Shown here: piece after piece, positions 39,369 through 49,570 of the stretch
Layout: every line of letters begins with the position of its first letter
Numbering within the stretch: position 1 is the first letter of the stretch
NCBI GenBank assembly: GCA_963675245.1
Contig: OY775910.1
Location: 1,408,001-1,472,000, forward strand
Origin: Acholeplasmataceae bacterium
Lineage (GTDB): Bacteria; Bacillota_I; Bacilli_A; Acholeplasmatales; Acholeplasmataceae
Reading direction: 5' to 3'
Length of the DNA stretch: 64,000 nucleotides
Program-made: the position numbers and the translations under genes
Notes under the pieces: generated by a model
Seen by the model: the letters and a program-made list of their open reading frames with translations, nothing else
Databases searched by the model: none
Told to the model about the DNA's origin: nothing

Positions 39369-40235
39369 ATGAAGACCTATTTAGATTTATGTAAACATGT
39401 CATGGAACATGGTTCAAATAAAATGGATCGTACAAAAACAGGTACCAAAAGTGTATTTGGGTATCAAATGCGATTCGATTTAAATGACGGATTTCCATTG
39501 TTAACAACTAAAAAAGTCCACTTAAAGTCAATTATCCATGAGTTATTGTGGTTTATTAAAGGTGATACAAATATCAAATACCTTGTCGACCATGGTGTTC
39601 GTATTTGGAATGACTGGCCATATCAAACCTTTAAAGAAAGTAAGGATTTCCAAGGTGAAAGTATGGTAGATTTTGTTGAACGCATTAAATCAGATGATGC
39701 GTTCGCTCATCAATATGGTGATTTAGGTCCTGTTTATGGTGCCCAATGGCGTAATTTTAATGGTGTTGATCAACTTCAATATATACTTGATACATTAAAG
39801 ACAAATCCAAATTCAAGACGTATGATTTTATCCGCGTGGAATCCTGCAGAAATTAATCATATGGCATTACCACCCTGTCATACGTTAATTCAGTTTTATG
39901 TCGCTGATGGTAAATTATCACTACAACTATATCAACGTAGTGCGGATATATTTTTAGGCGTACCTTTTAATATTGCTAGCTATGCATTATTACTGATGAT
40001 GGTTGCACAAGTAACGGGATTTGAAGTGGGTGAATTTGTCCACACTTTAGGCGATGCTCATATTTATAGTAATCACTTCGAACAAATTGAATTACAACTA
40101 TCAAGAACACCTAGAAAATTACCTATAATGACATTAAATCCCAATGTTAAATCCTTATACGACTTTACATATGACGATATAGTCTTATCTGATTATAATC
40201 CCTATCCTGGTATTAAAGGGAAGGTGGCCGTATGA
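39369..40235 (+). CDS. thyA: Thymidylate synthase
   Basis: [25 protein letters not shown]. Confidence 0.97.
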   Translation: MKTYLDLCKHVMEHGSNKMDRTKTGTKSVFGYQMRFDLNDGFPLLTTKKVHLKSIIHELLWFIKGDTNIKYLVDHGVRIWNDWPYQTFKESKDFQGESMVDFVERIKSDDAFAHQYGDLGPVYGAQWRNFNGVDQLQYILDTLKTNPNSRRMILSAWNPAEINHMALPPCHTLIQFYVADGKLSLQLYQRSADIFLGVPFNIASYALLLMMVAQVTGFEVGEFVHTLGDAHIYSNHFEQIELQLSRTPRKLPIMTLNPNVKSLYDFTYDDIVLSDYNPYPGIKGKVAV

Positions 40236-40708
40236 TAAAATTAATATGGGCAATGGATGAAAACTGGTTGATCGGTAAAGATAATCAATTACCATGGCAT
40301 TATCCTTCTGATTTAAAGTATTTTAAACAACAAACAAAAGATGCCCATGTCGTGATGGGTGACATGACCTATGAATCACTTAAAGGGTATTATAAGACAA
40401 AACCTTTACCTTTTAAGAAGATATCAGTGGCAAATCTTGTGAAAAAACACTATAATGATGCTACATGGATTTCAGATATCCATCAATTTTTTAAGACATT
40501 AGAAGAAGATGTCTTCGTGATTGGTGGGAAAACCATTTATCAATTATCACTACCTTATGCTGATCAACTATATATTACGTATGTTTTAAATCATCATGAT
40601 GGTAATGTTTATTTTCCTAAATTTAATTTAAATTTGTTCAAGCTCATCGACAAAAGACTTGAACCTGGCTTAATTTTCGCAGTTTATGAAAGAAGGAAAT
40701 CAAAATGA
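40232..40708 (+). CDS. folA: Dihydrofolate reductase
   Basis: [21 protein letters not shown]; follows thyA. Confidence 0.93.
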   Translation: MIKLIWAMDENWLIGKDNQLPWHYPSDLKYFKQQTKDAHVVMGDMTYESLKGYYKTKPLPFKKISVANLVKKHYNDATWISDIHQFFKTLEEDVFVIGGKTIYQLSLPYADQLYITYVLNHHDGNVYFPKFNLNLFKLIDKRLEPGLIFAVYERRKSK

Positions 40709-41499
40709 TTTCAGCATTATTTATAATTTTTTGGATTGCTTATGTTGTGTTTATGACATTGACTATTCCAATATACTATCTCATTCCAGTCTGGCTAATC
40801 TCGGGGTTTTTGGTTTCTTTAATCGGTATTGTATTGTTTGTTGCAATCAATGTCTATACGTGGTTTCCACTGACAAAAGTAAATAATCGATTGAAATATA
40901 AAATGACAAGAAGCATTGCCATATTTCTTGATATATTTGTCTTACGAATTAAATTGGAAATAACAGGTAGAGAAAACATCCCTGAAACTGGACGCTTAAC
41001 GACATATTCAAATCATAAATCCTATGCAGATCCAATTATCATTGAACATGTTATTAAAAGACCAACTACATATACACCAAAAACTGGTGTTTATCGATTA
41101 CCAATTATTAAAACATGGTTAAAATCAATTGGCGCTTTTCCAATTGATAGAAGTAACACAAGGAATACTGCTAGGGCGATGATTGACGCGATTAAAGTAG
41201 TTAAAAGTGGCATGAATATGGCGATTTTCCCAGAAGGTGGCATCAAAGACCGACATGATAACAGAATGGTAGAAATGCGTGCTGGTGCTTATAAAGTAGC
41301 GATGAAGGCACAAGCGGATTTACTTCCAATTACGTTGATTAACACGCCGGAAATAAAAAATCGTGCACCGTGGCGCAGAACAGTTGTGAACGCTATCGTT
41401 CACCCAGTCATACCTTATGAACAAATCAAAGATATGTCAACGAATGAGATTGCAGAATATCTATTTAATATTATTAATGAACCATTTACAAACATGTGA
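40705..41499 (+). CDS. plsC: 1-acyl-sn-glycerol-3-phosphate acyltransferase
   Basis: NHKSYAD, FPIDR, IFPEG. Confidence 0.88.
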   Translation: MISALFIIFWIAYVVFMTLTIPIYYLIPVWLISGFLVSLIGIVLFVAINVYTWFPLTKVNNRLKYKMTRSIAIFLDIFVLRIKLEITGRENIPETGRLTTYSNHKSYADPIIIEHVIKRPTTYTPKTGVYRLPIIKTWLKSIGAFPIDRSNTRNTARAMIDAIKVVKSGMNMAIFPEGGIKDRHDNRMVEMRAGAYKVAMKAQADLLPITLINTPEIKNRAPWRRTVVNAIVHPVIPYEQIKDMSTNEIAEYLFNIINEPFTNM

Positions 41500-41519
41500 G
41501 GCGATTGCCTCACTTTTTT
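41496..41519 (+). terminator. Terminator of the pepV-thyA-folA-plsC unit
   Basis: GTGAGGC-gatt-GCCTCAC followed by a T run. Confidence 0.8.
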
Positions 41520-41524
41520 ATTGT

Positions 41525-42616
41525 AGATAATTTGTCAATTCAAGTGCAACGCGTTATAAGATTCATTGATTACTTCTAATGGTGTTTTGAAGTTTATGCA
41601 TTTTCTAGGTCTGTTGTTTAGGCGTGTTAGTACATTTGTTACTTCATCATCATTTGTTTTCGACAGATCCATTCCTTTTGGATAATATTCTCTTAATAAT
41701 CCATTGGAATTCTCATTAGTCCCTTTTTGCCACGCACAATATGGATCAGCGAAATACATATCACAGCTTAATCGTGTTTCTATTTCTTTATATTTGGCAA
41801 ATTCTTTACCACGATCACAGGTTATTGTCTTTACTAATTCTTGCGGGAATTGTGATAATAATTCTATGATAGCTGCTGTCACATTTTCACTCGTTCTATC
41901 TGGCAATAGTTTAACTAAGTATAACCTTGATTTGCGTTCTGCTAAAGTCACGAAACAATATTTGCTTTTTCGCTGAAAATTAACTCTTCCCGATTCAACT
42001 GTATCTGCTTCCCAATGACCTATTGTTTCTCTCTTGTAAACTTCTTTAGGTCGTTTTTTTATTGTTTTACCAATATTGAATCGTCCCCTTGTTTCTGCGG
42101 GTCTCTTGAACTTTCCTTTACGTCTTAATTGCGTCATATCGCCTTTAATTAGGTGTTTTTTGTGAATCCATCGATATATTGTCGCGTAACATGGACAGTA
42201 TTCAGGTCGATCTTTTTCACGTTTAGCAATTTGTTCTGGTGACCATTGTTGAGCTAGCTTTTCTTCTATGTATATTTTTAATTCAGGATTGATTCGTATG
42301 GGTCTATGACATTTCTTTCGCCGCTTTTGATATCTCTTTTGTGCAATGTGTGGTAAGTATTTATATCGATAGCCGCAGTCATTCCTTTTTAACTCTCTTG
42401 AGATTGTGCTAACACTTCGTTTGATTGCTTTGCTTATCTGTCTCATGCTAACGCCAGACAGCCATAACTGATATATACAAGTTCTTTCTTCTATGGTAAG
42501 ATGAGTGTAGTTCATAGGTTCTCCTTTTATGTTTGTTTGGTCACTTACATTATAAAGGAATCTATGAACCTTTTTATTTTCTTTTACAGTGTTGCACTTG
42601 TTATTCTAATTTATCT
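41525..42616 (-). mobile_element. IS30-family insertion sequence (~1092 bp)
   Basis: Imperfect 26-bp terminal IRs AGATAA..CAAGTGCAAC; 2-bp flanking repeat GT (41523-24 and 42617-18); single transposase ORF. Confidence 0.9.
41535..42515 (-). CDS. IS30 family transposase
   Basis: HTH RSVSTISRELKRN, WSPEQI, GHWEADT, DRGKEF, WQKGTNENSNGLLR, LNNRPRK. Confidence 0.95.
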   Translation of the reverse strand: MNYTHLTIEERTCIYQLWLSGVSMRQISKAIKRSVSTISRELKRNDCGYRYKYLPHIAQKRYQKRRKKCHRPIRINPELKIYIEEKLAQQWSPEQIAKREKDRPEYCPCYATIYRWIHKKHLIKGDMTQLRRKGKFKRPAETRGRFNIGKTIKKRPKEVYKRETIGHWEADTVESGRVNFQRKSKYCFVTLAERKSRLYLVKLLPDRTSENVTAAIIELLSQFPQELVKTITCDRGKEFAKYKEIETRLSCDMYFADPYCAWQKGTNENSNGLLREYYPKGMDLSKTNDDEVTNVLTRLNNRPRKCINFKTPLEVINESYNALHLN

Positions 42617-42632
42617 GTAAAAAAAAAGACGC

Positions 42633-43208
42633 TTATGCGTCTGGGTGTGTTTCGTGACTAATGAATTTAATACGATTATCAGTAATCTCTAATGTAATAA
42701 TATCACCATTAAGAAGGAAGTAATCTGCAAATGAAAACTGATTAGGATCAGCTTTAACAAGTAGACCCTTTATAACGTGTGAATGTGCGACACAAAGGAT
42801 ACGAGCTTCTGGATATCTCTTTTGTAGATTAAACGCTTGCTTGGTGACACGGTTAATTAACATATCATCATGTTCAAAACCAGGATGACGATAACCTTTA
42901 GTTCTAACTAAGGGCATTGCGTCTTGTACAGATACACCATCCAGATGATAAAAATCTCTTTCGACAAAATGAGGTAAAACTTCGATTGATCCTTTATATT
43001 TAATTTTTTTAGCAATAATATAAGCTGTTTCTAAAGCTCTTGATAAAGGTGAGCTAACAATGGCATCAAAATGCTTTTCTTGTAGTAAATTAGCCACTGT
43101 TCTAGCTTGTTTTTTACCTGTTTCATTTAATGGATTGTTGATACGCCCTTGTACAAGACCTTGACTATTATAATGTGTTTGTCCATGCCGGACCATGGTT
43201 AGAATCAT
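42633..43208 (-). CDS. Histidine phosphatase family protein
   Basis: VRHGQT, SSPLSRA, VAHS. Confidence 0.88.
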   Translation of the reverse strand: MILTMVRHGQTHYNSQGLVQGRINNPLNETGKKQARTVANLLQEKHFDAIVSSPLSRALETAYIIAKKIKYKGSIEVLPHFVERDFYHLDGVSVQDAMPLVRTKGYRHPGFEHDDMLINRVTKQAFNLQKRYPEARILCVAHSHVIKGLLVKADPNQFSFADYFLLNGDIITLEITDNRIKFISHETHPDA

Positions 43209-43285
43209 AGTGTACCTCTTTTCCCTTTAGCATTATAACATAGTTGTAATAATTTATGATAAAATAATGGTAAGGAGATGATACG

Positions 43286-44581
43286 ATGCACGTCATTGAT
43301 TTAATTACAAAGAAACGAGATGGTAAAGCACTTAGTCAAGCTGAGATTGCTTTTTTAATCTCATCATATACCAAAGGTGATATGCCTGATTACCAAATGA
43401 GTGCTTTTTTAATGGCAACCTATTTTAAAGGTATGACACATGAAGAAGCGACCCATCTTGCACTCGCGATGAGAGATTCAGGTGATGTTGTAGACTTATC
43501 TGAAATAAAAGGAACTAAAGTAGATAAACATTCAACAGGTGGTGTCGGTGATAAAGTCACATTAATTTTGGCACCTTTAGTTGCGAGTTTAGGTGCGAAA
43601 GTCGCTAAAATGAGCGGACGCGGTTTAGGTCATACTGGTGGTACGATAGACAAACTTGAAAGTATTCCAGGCTTTAAAGTTGAATTACCAAGAGATCAAT
43701 TTATCAAACAAGTCAAAGAGATCGGGATATCTGTCGTAGGGCAAAGTGGTGAAGTTGCACCTGCCGATAAAAAACTATATGCGTTAAGAGATGTAACAGC
43801 TACAGTGGATGTCATTCCACTTATTGCTTCATCAATCATGAGTAAAAAATTAGCTAGTGGTGCCGATGCAATTGTACTTGATGTAAAAGTAGGTAAAGGG
43901 GCATTTATGCAGACTATAGATGAAGCGAGAGAACTTGCTCAATTAATGGTTGATATCGGTAAACTTGCTGGTAAGAAAATGACAGCTATACTAACGGCTA
44001 TGGATGAACCATTAGGTCATAAAATCGGCAACGCATTAGAAGTTGTTGAAGCGATTGAAACATTAAAAGGACATGGTCCTAAAGACCTGGTTGATGTGGT
44101 TATGACAATTGCCTCAGAATTGATTGTTTATGCAGGTGTGACAAATGATATAGAGGATGCTAAAAAACGCTTAAATGAAGCAATAAATGATGGTAGAGCT
44201 TATGATAAGTTTTTAGCGTTTGTTAAAGCGCAAGGTGGCGATGTTGAACAATTGAAACATCCTGAAGCATTACTTTCATCTAAAACTGTTGCTGTTAAAG
44301 CGAATCAAAAAGGGTATGTCAATGAAATTGATGCAATGGCGATTGGACAAGCTGCTATGAGACTTGGTGCTGGTCGAGAAACGAAAGCAGACCAAATTGA
44401 TTTATCGGTCGGAATTGATTTGCACATCAAAGTTGGTGATGCCGTTGATGAAGGTCAACCTATCGCTACACTTTATGTGAATCATAAAGGTATTGAAGAA
44501 GCATCTAAGATGATTGAGAAAGCTGTATTGATTGGTGATAAACCAAAGATAGAACCACTCATTAAGGAGATTATTAGGTGA
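43286..44581 (+). CDS. pdp: Pyrimidine-nucleoside phosphorylase
   Basis: DKHSTGGVGDK, KMSGRGLGHTGGT, ASSIMSKK, LGAGR. Confidence 0.95.
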   Translation: MHVIDLITKKRDGKALSQAEIAFLISSYTKGDMPDYQMSAFLMATYFKGMTHEEATHLALAMRDSGDVVDLSEIKGTKVDKHSTGGVGDKVTLILAPLVASLGAKVAKMSGRGLGHTGGTIDKLESIPGFKVELPRDQFIKQVKEIGISVVGQSGEVAPADKKLYALRDVTATVDVIPLIASSIMSKKLASGADAIVLDVKVGKGAFMQTIDEARELAQLMVDIGKLAGKKMTAILTAMDEPLGHKIGNALEVVEAIETLKGHGPKDLVDVVMTIASELIVYAGVTNDIEDAKKRLNEAINDGRAYDKFLAFVKAQGGDVEQLKHPEALLSSKTVAVKANQKGYVNEIDAMAIGQAAMRLGAGRETKADQIDLSVGIDLHIKVGDAVDEGQPIATLYVNHKGIEEASKMIEKAVLIGDKPKIEPLIKEIIR

Positions 44582-45696
44582 TTAATGTTATTCTTCCAGA
44601 TTATGATAATTCAATATTAAATGTCTCAGCAACACTCCTTAATCATTATGGTATTCGTACCATCTATCATCCGATACCAGAACTTAAGGAACAACTAGAA
44701 AAAGATCCCAAGCATGTCTTTTTGTTATTGCTTGATGGGATGGGAATTAACATTATTAATCGGTATTTAAAGCGGAAAGATTTTTTAAGAGAGCATGTTG
44801 TTAAAACCATAACGTCTGTCTTTCCTTCGACGACGGTTGCTGCAACCAATGCTGTTTTAACAGGTAAATCACCTTGGAGTTCAGGTTATTTAGGTTGGGT
44901 TCAATACTTAAAAGATGAAGATGTTTATGATACGGTTTTTTTAAATAAAGATTATTATGATTCGGAAAAAGTATTTGCAGAAGATTTCATTGAGAAATAT
45001 TTTAAGCAACCCCAAATTACTGACTTAATCAAACAAGCTAATGCTGAAATGATTACAAGACAATTATTTCCTAATTTTAAACCTAATGGGTTTGATACAC
45101 TAAGTGAAGAATTGGATGAAATGGTGAATATTTCAAAAACAAAAGAGAAGACTTTTACGTATATCTATTGGGGAGAACCAGATTTAACTGAACATGATTA
45201 TGGACCTTTTAGTTCAGTCACTAAGGCATTATTACTAGATATTAATCAGGCGGTTAAACATCATGCACAAGCGCTTAATGAAGATAGTTTGCTGATTGTG
45301 ATTGCCGATCACGGACATCAGAAAGTAAAACCAATTAATTTATATCAAGACGAGACTTTACTATCGATGTTAGACAAATTACCCACTCTTGAACCAAGAG
45401 CTACGAGTTTCTTTGTGAAGCCAGAAGCCATCAATTCATTCAAGTCATACTTCAATCATACTTATGGAAAATGGTATGCTCTTTATACAAAAGACGAGTT
45501 ATTTCATATGGGATTGCTGGGTAATGGTGAAAAACATATGTTAGTGGATCAATGCATAGGGGATTATATGGCGATTGCCATTAAAGATAGATATTTCCAA
45601 TTTAAAGATAAAAAACCTTTCAAAGGTCATCATGCTGGTTTGACAAAACATGAGATGATCGTCCCTTTAATCTTATATCATAAAAAAAAGCGGTGA
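44578..45696 (+). CDS. Alkaline phosphatase superfamily, nucleotide pyrophosphatase-like
   Basis: LLDGMG, SVFPSTT, D..H.YG, IADHG, GHHAG; GTG start overlaps pdp stop. Confidence 0.85.
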   Translation: MINVILPDYDNSILNVSATLLNHYGIRTIYHPIPELKEQLEKDPKHVFLLLLDGMGINIINRYLKRKDFLREHVVKTITSVFPSTTVAATNAVLTGKSPWSSGYLGWVQYLKDEDVYDTVFLNKDYYDSEKVFAEDFIEKYFKQPQITDLIKQANAEMITRQLFPNFKPNGFDTLSEELDEMVNISKTKEKTFTYIYWGEPDLTEHDYGPFSSVTKALLLDINQAVKHHAQALNEDSLLIVIADHGHQKVKPINLYQDETLLSMLDKLPTLEPRATSFFVKPEAINSFKSYFNHTYGKWYALYTKDELFHMGLLGNGEKHMLVDQCIGDYMAIAIKDRYFQFKDKKPFKGHHAGLTKHEMIVPLILYHKKKR

Positions 45697-45715
45697 GCTA
45701 AAACTCATCGCTTTT
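45686..45715. terminator. Bidirectional terminator
   Basis: AAAAGCGGTGAG / CTCATCGCTTTT. Confidence 0.75.
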
Positions 45716-45730
45716 ATGTCTAATCACAAC

Positions 45731-46636
45731 TTATTTTGATTTGCTGTCTTTCGCAGCTTCAGCAGCAACTAAAACAGTTGAAGCTAAGTCTGTAATGTTT
45801 GTTGGAACAACAATCTTTGTTGCTTGACCTTGAGCCACTTTAGCAAGTGCTTCATAGGCTTTAATGGTAAGAACTGCATTGTCAGGTTTAGAATCCTTAA
45901 TTAATTTAATACCAAGTGATTCAGCTTCCTTAAGTTTGTAAATAGCAGATGCTTCCCCTTCAGCTTCTTTGATTTTTTGCTGTTTAACAGCATCAGCTCT
46001 AAGAATAACCGCTTGTGCTTCACCTTCAGCACGAAGAATTTCAGCACGTTTTTCCCCTTCAGCAATAAGAATCGTTTGACGTCTTTCACGTTCTGCTCTC
46101 ATTTGCTTTTCCATCGAATCTCTAATGTCTTTTGGAGGTAAGATGTTCTTAACTTCGACACGATTAACTTTAATTCCCCATGGATCTGTAGCTTCATCTA
46201 AGATCTTACGCATGTGCGTATTGATTAAGTCTCTAGATGTTAATGTTTGGTCTAAGTCTAAATCACCGATGATGTTACGAAGTGTCGTTGCAGAAATCTT
46301 TTCAATAGCATGAAGTGGACTTTCTGTACCATACGTATAAGCTTTAGGATCTGTGATTGAGAAGAAAACGACTGTATCAATTTGCATGGTGACATTATCT
46401 TTTGTAATAACAGGTTGTGGATCAAAGTCCTTAACTTGTTCTTTTAAAGATACAACACTCGCGATGCGGTCAATCACTGGAATAAGAAAATGAATACCAA
46501 CCCCCCACGTTGTATAATAACCACCAAGTCTTTCAACAACAACTTTTTTAGTTTGTGTGACAAGACGGAAACTAGCAGCAATAACAATCAGTACAATTGC
46601 TAAAACTACGATTAATACGATATAACCTGCTCCCAT
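45731..46636 (-). CDS. SPFH/Band 7 (stomatin-like) protein
   Basis: N-terminal TM, VVERLG, ITKDNV, WGIKVNRVE, AEG coiled-coil repeats. Confidence 0.92.
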   Translation of the reverse strand: MGAGYIVLIVVLAIVLIVIAASFRLVTQTKKVVVERLGGYYTTWGVGIHFLIPVIDRIASVVSLKEQVKDFDPQPVITKDNVTMQIDTVVFFSITDPKAYTYGTESPLHAIEKISATTLRNIIGDLDLDQTLTSRDLINTHMRKILDEATDPWGIKVNRVEVKNILPPKDIRDSMEKQMRAERERRQTILIAEGEKRAEILRAEGEAQAVILRADAVKQQKIKEAEGEASAIYKLKEAESLGIKLIKDSKPDNAVLTIKAYEALAKVAQGQATKIVVPTNITDLASTVLVAAEAAKDSKSK

Positions 46637-46656
46637 AATATTACCTTCTTTCTAAA

Positions 46657-47085
46657 TTATATTTTTTCGACGATGAGTGTTGCACCTTCAACATCAAGTA
46701 CACGCACCTTTTCATCGACTTCGATTGTTTCATGAGCAACAGCTGCCCAATCATTTAGACGCAATCTGACACGTCCCTTACCCGTTTCTGTAATACGTTC
46801 TGTAACAAATCCTTCTTGGCCAATAATGGAGTCTACGTTGGTCTTAATTTCATTAACCTTAAAATATTTCATAACGACAGGTCTTGTGAAGAAGAAGAGT
46901 ACAACGGTTAAGGCGACAAATAGAAGTACTTGAAGCCAAATCAATTCATTACCAACAATTAATGAAATGATAAAACTTGGGATTGCTGAAATAGCAAACC
47001 AAATTGAAACCATATCTGCAGTAGCAAACTCAATAGCGAGCGCTACAACAAATACCCCGAGCCAAATGATCATCATTGTTTCCAT
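46657..47085 (-). CDS. NfeD family protein (short form)
   Basis: TM bundle then OB fold (IGQEG..GRVR..WAA..VLDVEG); adjacent to SPFH. Confidence 0.88.
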   Translation of the reverse strand: METMMIIWLGVFVVALAIEFATADMVSIWFAISAIPSFIISLIVGNELIWLQVLLFVALTVVLFFFTRPVVMKYFKVNEIKTNVDSIIGQEGFVTERITETGKGRVRLRLNDWAAVAHETIEVDEKVRVLDVEGATLIVEKI

Positions 47086-47086
47086 A

Positions 47087-47461
47087 CTATATTGCCTCCT
47101 TTAAATCGACGACTAAAAGTTTTTCTTTTGAATCCCAGTTCGCCTTAAATTTGTACGTCGCTGTTTCCAAATCTAAGTTAACGAGATCCGCGATTTCATT
47201 GACAAATGCCTTATTGGCGACCCGACTATAAGAAGTACGAACAGAAATTCGATACTTCGCATTCTCTGGAATGTCATGCTTTGTCGCTGCCTCTTTTGTT
47301 AGAGGTTTGATAAAGACAAGCTTTTCATCCTTGTTGAAACCAAGCATCACGCTATAAGCGGACTCAAAGAAAATTGTAGCTGGTTTATTTAGGGTAAGGT
47401 TACCGCTTGCGACGGTGACCACGCAATCCTTTGGTTTTTCATTAAACCAATTTATATGCAT
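47087..47461 (-). CDS. Hypothetical protein, first gene of the nfeD-SPFH operon
   Basis: RBS AAGGAGGG; 124 aa; stop 1 bp before nfeD start. Confidence 0.75.
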   Translation of the reverse strand: MHINWFNEKPKDCVVTVASGNLTLNKPATIFFESAYSVMLGFNKDEKLVFIKPLTKEAATKHDIPENAKYRISVRTSYSRVANKAFVNEIADLVNLDLETATYKFKANWDSKEKLLVVDLKEAI

Positions 47462-47480
47462 AATATCCCTCCTTACACCA

Positions 47481-47522
47481 ATAATTATACACCTAAATTA
47501 TTGTGAATGCAAGTATAATTAT
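47481..47522 (-). promoter_or_regulatory. Sigma-70 promoter bracketed by a 10-bp inverted repeat
   Basis: TTGCAT-17-TATAAT on the minus strand; ATAATTATAC / GTATAATTAT. Confidence 0.6.
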
Positions 47523-47538
47523 GCAAAATTATTTTAGA

Positions 47539-48000
47539 TTAATTAAAATGATAGTTAATGATTGTTAGTCCTAAATCCCGACCATAGGACTTGATTTGGT
47601 CATCCATCTCTTTAGCTTCAATCTGATTTTCCATTGATGTTTTGATCAAATCGATAATCGATCCTATTGCGTCTATAGAAGCATATGCATAAAGTTGTGG
47701 ATCAAAAACTTTGTATGTAATGGATATATTCATCTTAATTTGTTCATGATGATTGTCTTCATATGTGAATCGTCGACTTACATGGATTTCCTCTACTGGA
47801 ATGCGTTCTAACACACGATCAATAAAGGGAAATAAGAAGAAAATAACTGGATCCTCAATCAAACGATGAAATTTACCAAAACGCTCAACGATGGTCATTT
47901 CATCTTTTTTATTAAATTTGAGATGTAGTGCTGTAAAAACAAGAATAATCAAAAGTAAAACGATTGTAATGCGTAATGAATCGGATAATAGAATAATCAT
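47539..48000 (-). CDS. Short SPFH-domain protein (no coiled-coil tail)
   Basis: TM, IVERFGKFHR, FPFIDRV, YKVFDP; start ATG 48000 after GAGGT (48012 alternative). Confidence 0.7.
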   Translation of the reverse strand: MIILLSDSLRITIVLLLIILVFTALHLKFNKKDEMTIVERFGKFHRLIEDPVIFFLFPFIDRVLERIPVEEIHVSRRFTYEDNHHEQIKMNISITYKVFDPQLYAYASIDAIGSIIDLIKTSMENQIEAKEMDDQIKSYGRDLGLTIINYHFN

Positions 48001-48050
48001 AAGTAACCTCATTGTATTATTGAATAAAACGTGTTATTATTGATAATGAT

Positions 48051-48129
48051 CACTACGGGGAGCAAAAGCTGAGAGGACATGTGTCGACCCGTTGAACCTG
48101 ATCTGGATGAAACCAGCGGAGGGATAGTG
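48051..48129 (+). promoter_or_regulatory. TPP riboswitch
   Basis: CACTA-CGGGGAGC..GCTGAGAGG..GACCCGTTGAACCTGATCTGGATGAAACCAGCGGAGGGA-TAGTG; hairpin plus T run at ~48153-48182. Confidence 0.93.
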
Positions 48130-48201
48130 TAATAGTCTTTATTAACTATCAATTTCTTTGGGCATCCATAGAAATTTTTTTATTTCTAAGGAGGAAAAGA
48201 A

Positions 48202-48909
48202 ATGCAAGTCAGAAATGAAACAAAGAAGTTAGTTGTAACGGCAATACTTTTAGCTAGTGGTATTGCGATTGATCTCATTGTGAGTTTTGTGCCAGGGTTA
48301 AATTTAAGAATGCCATTTGGCGGGAAATTTTTTGGGATATCCATGATTCCTATTATTATGATAGGATTAATATTTGGATTAAGATATGGTTTATTAGCTG
48401 GTTTTATATTTGGTATATATAATTTCAGCTTTGATTACTTAATCTACTTATCAGCGTTAAGAGATACGCTTGAATCATGGACTGGAACATCTTGGACAGC
48501 TATGCAAATCCTTTTACTGATACTTTTGGATTATGTCATACCATTTACAGCCTTTGGCTTAGTTGGACTATTCAAAGATGGTTTAAGAAAAGTGAGTTCA
48601 ATTGTATATGCGACAATAGCGGTTAGTTTTGTCAGATTAGTGTCAAGCACACTATCAGGAGTCGTGCTGTGGAGTAGTAGTATCAATTTTGCAGTGGAAG
48701 CTGTTGAAAATGGTGATGCAAATCCTGATTTGGCAACGCGTATCTTTGCTGCAATGAATGGCAATTTATGGTTATATAGTATGTTTTACAATTTAACATA
48801 CATTTTAACGACTGGAATCGTTGTCATCGTGATTATTATAGCCATAAGAGTTCGTCTAGTCGATTTACTTGAGAAAAACAACATTATTGGAATAAGTACT
48901 CTTCAATAA
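48202..48909 (+). CDS. thiT: Energy-coupled thiamine transporter S component
   Basis: MPFGG, ISMIPI, LDYVIPF, SGVVLW, YSMFYN; downstream of TPP riboswitch. Confidence 0.85.
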   Translation: MQVRNETKKLVVTAILLASGIAIDLIVSFVPGLNLRMPFGGKFFGISMIPIIMIGLIFGLRYGLLAGFIFGIYNFSFDYLIYLSALRDTLESWTGTSWTAMQILLLILLDYVIPFTAFGLVGLFKDGLRKVSSIVYATIAVSFVRLVSSTLSGVVLWSSSINFAVEAVENGDANPDLATRIFAAMNGNLWLYSMFYNLTYILTTGIVVIVIIIAIRVRLVDLLEKNNIIGISTLQ

Positions 48910-49459
48910 CAGATAAATAATCAAGTCTAGGTTGATAAGCAAATTGAATAAGATATGCACTTTCTTTGAAAGTTTGATAAGGGATGGATTTTCGTCCCTT
49001 TTCTTTATGCTGTTCTTGCCAGTATTCAATTAATACGTTAAAGGGCAAAACATAATATTCATTGTATTGCTTAAAATGAACGATTAAGAAGGCAATACCG
49101 CCATGCTCATCAACATTTCTTAAATGTTCGATTTGATGAGAATGTATGTTTTTTAAAGGCATCGATGTTTTTGAATTCGTTTCTTTGGCATCAAAATCGA
49201 TATATTTTCCTTTATATAAACCATTGAAATCTGTTGTTGATGGTGTTTTATAATAGGCCTCTGTAATCTTTGCTTTATTACGTGCTGGATAAGATACATT
49301 AACAACTTGAACAGGTGTTGGTTTTTTATGTATAACTGCGATATGATTAATCAGATAGTATTGATTGGTAGCTTCAATATCTGATTCTAGTGTCATACCC
49401 AGGTTTGCGTAATTAGTTTGTTTGTTTTGTGCTTTTCTTTTGATAGGATATTTTATCAT
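48884..49459 (-). CDS. recU: Holliday junction resolvase RecU
   Basis: GMTLE, IHKKPTP, STTDFNG, FDAKET, HQIEHL. Confidence 0.95.
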   Translation of the reverse strand: MIKYPIKRKAQNKQTNYANLGMTLESDIEATNQYYLINHIAVIHKKPTPVQVVNVSYPARNKAKITEAYYKTPSTTDFNGLYKGKYIDFDAKETNSKTSMPLKNIHSHQIEHLRNVDEHGGIAFLIVHFKQYNEYYVLPFNVLIEYWQEQHKEKGRKSIPYQTFKESAYLIQFAYQPRLDYLSVIEEYLFQ

Positions 49460-49570
49460 TTGTCTCACCTAATACTATCTTATCATACGCGAAACAAATC
49501 TGTTGAGATAATCAAAGATTATGATATAATTACTATAGTTAATAAACGTTACAGAATTAAGGAAGTGTTA

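Noticed and set aside
49418..49570. N-terminal extensions in the ORF track (rnj 49418; also GNAT 8448, hisS 56488, GNAT 55923)
   Set aside because: They overlap neighbouring genes, promoters or terminators; downstream starts fit homology and RBS position better
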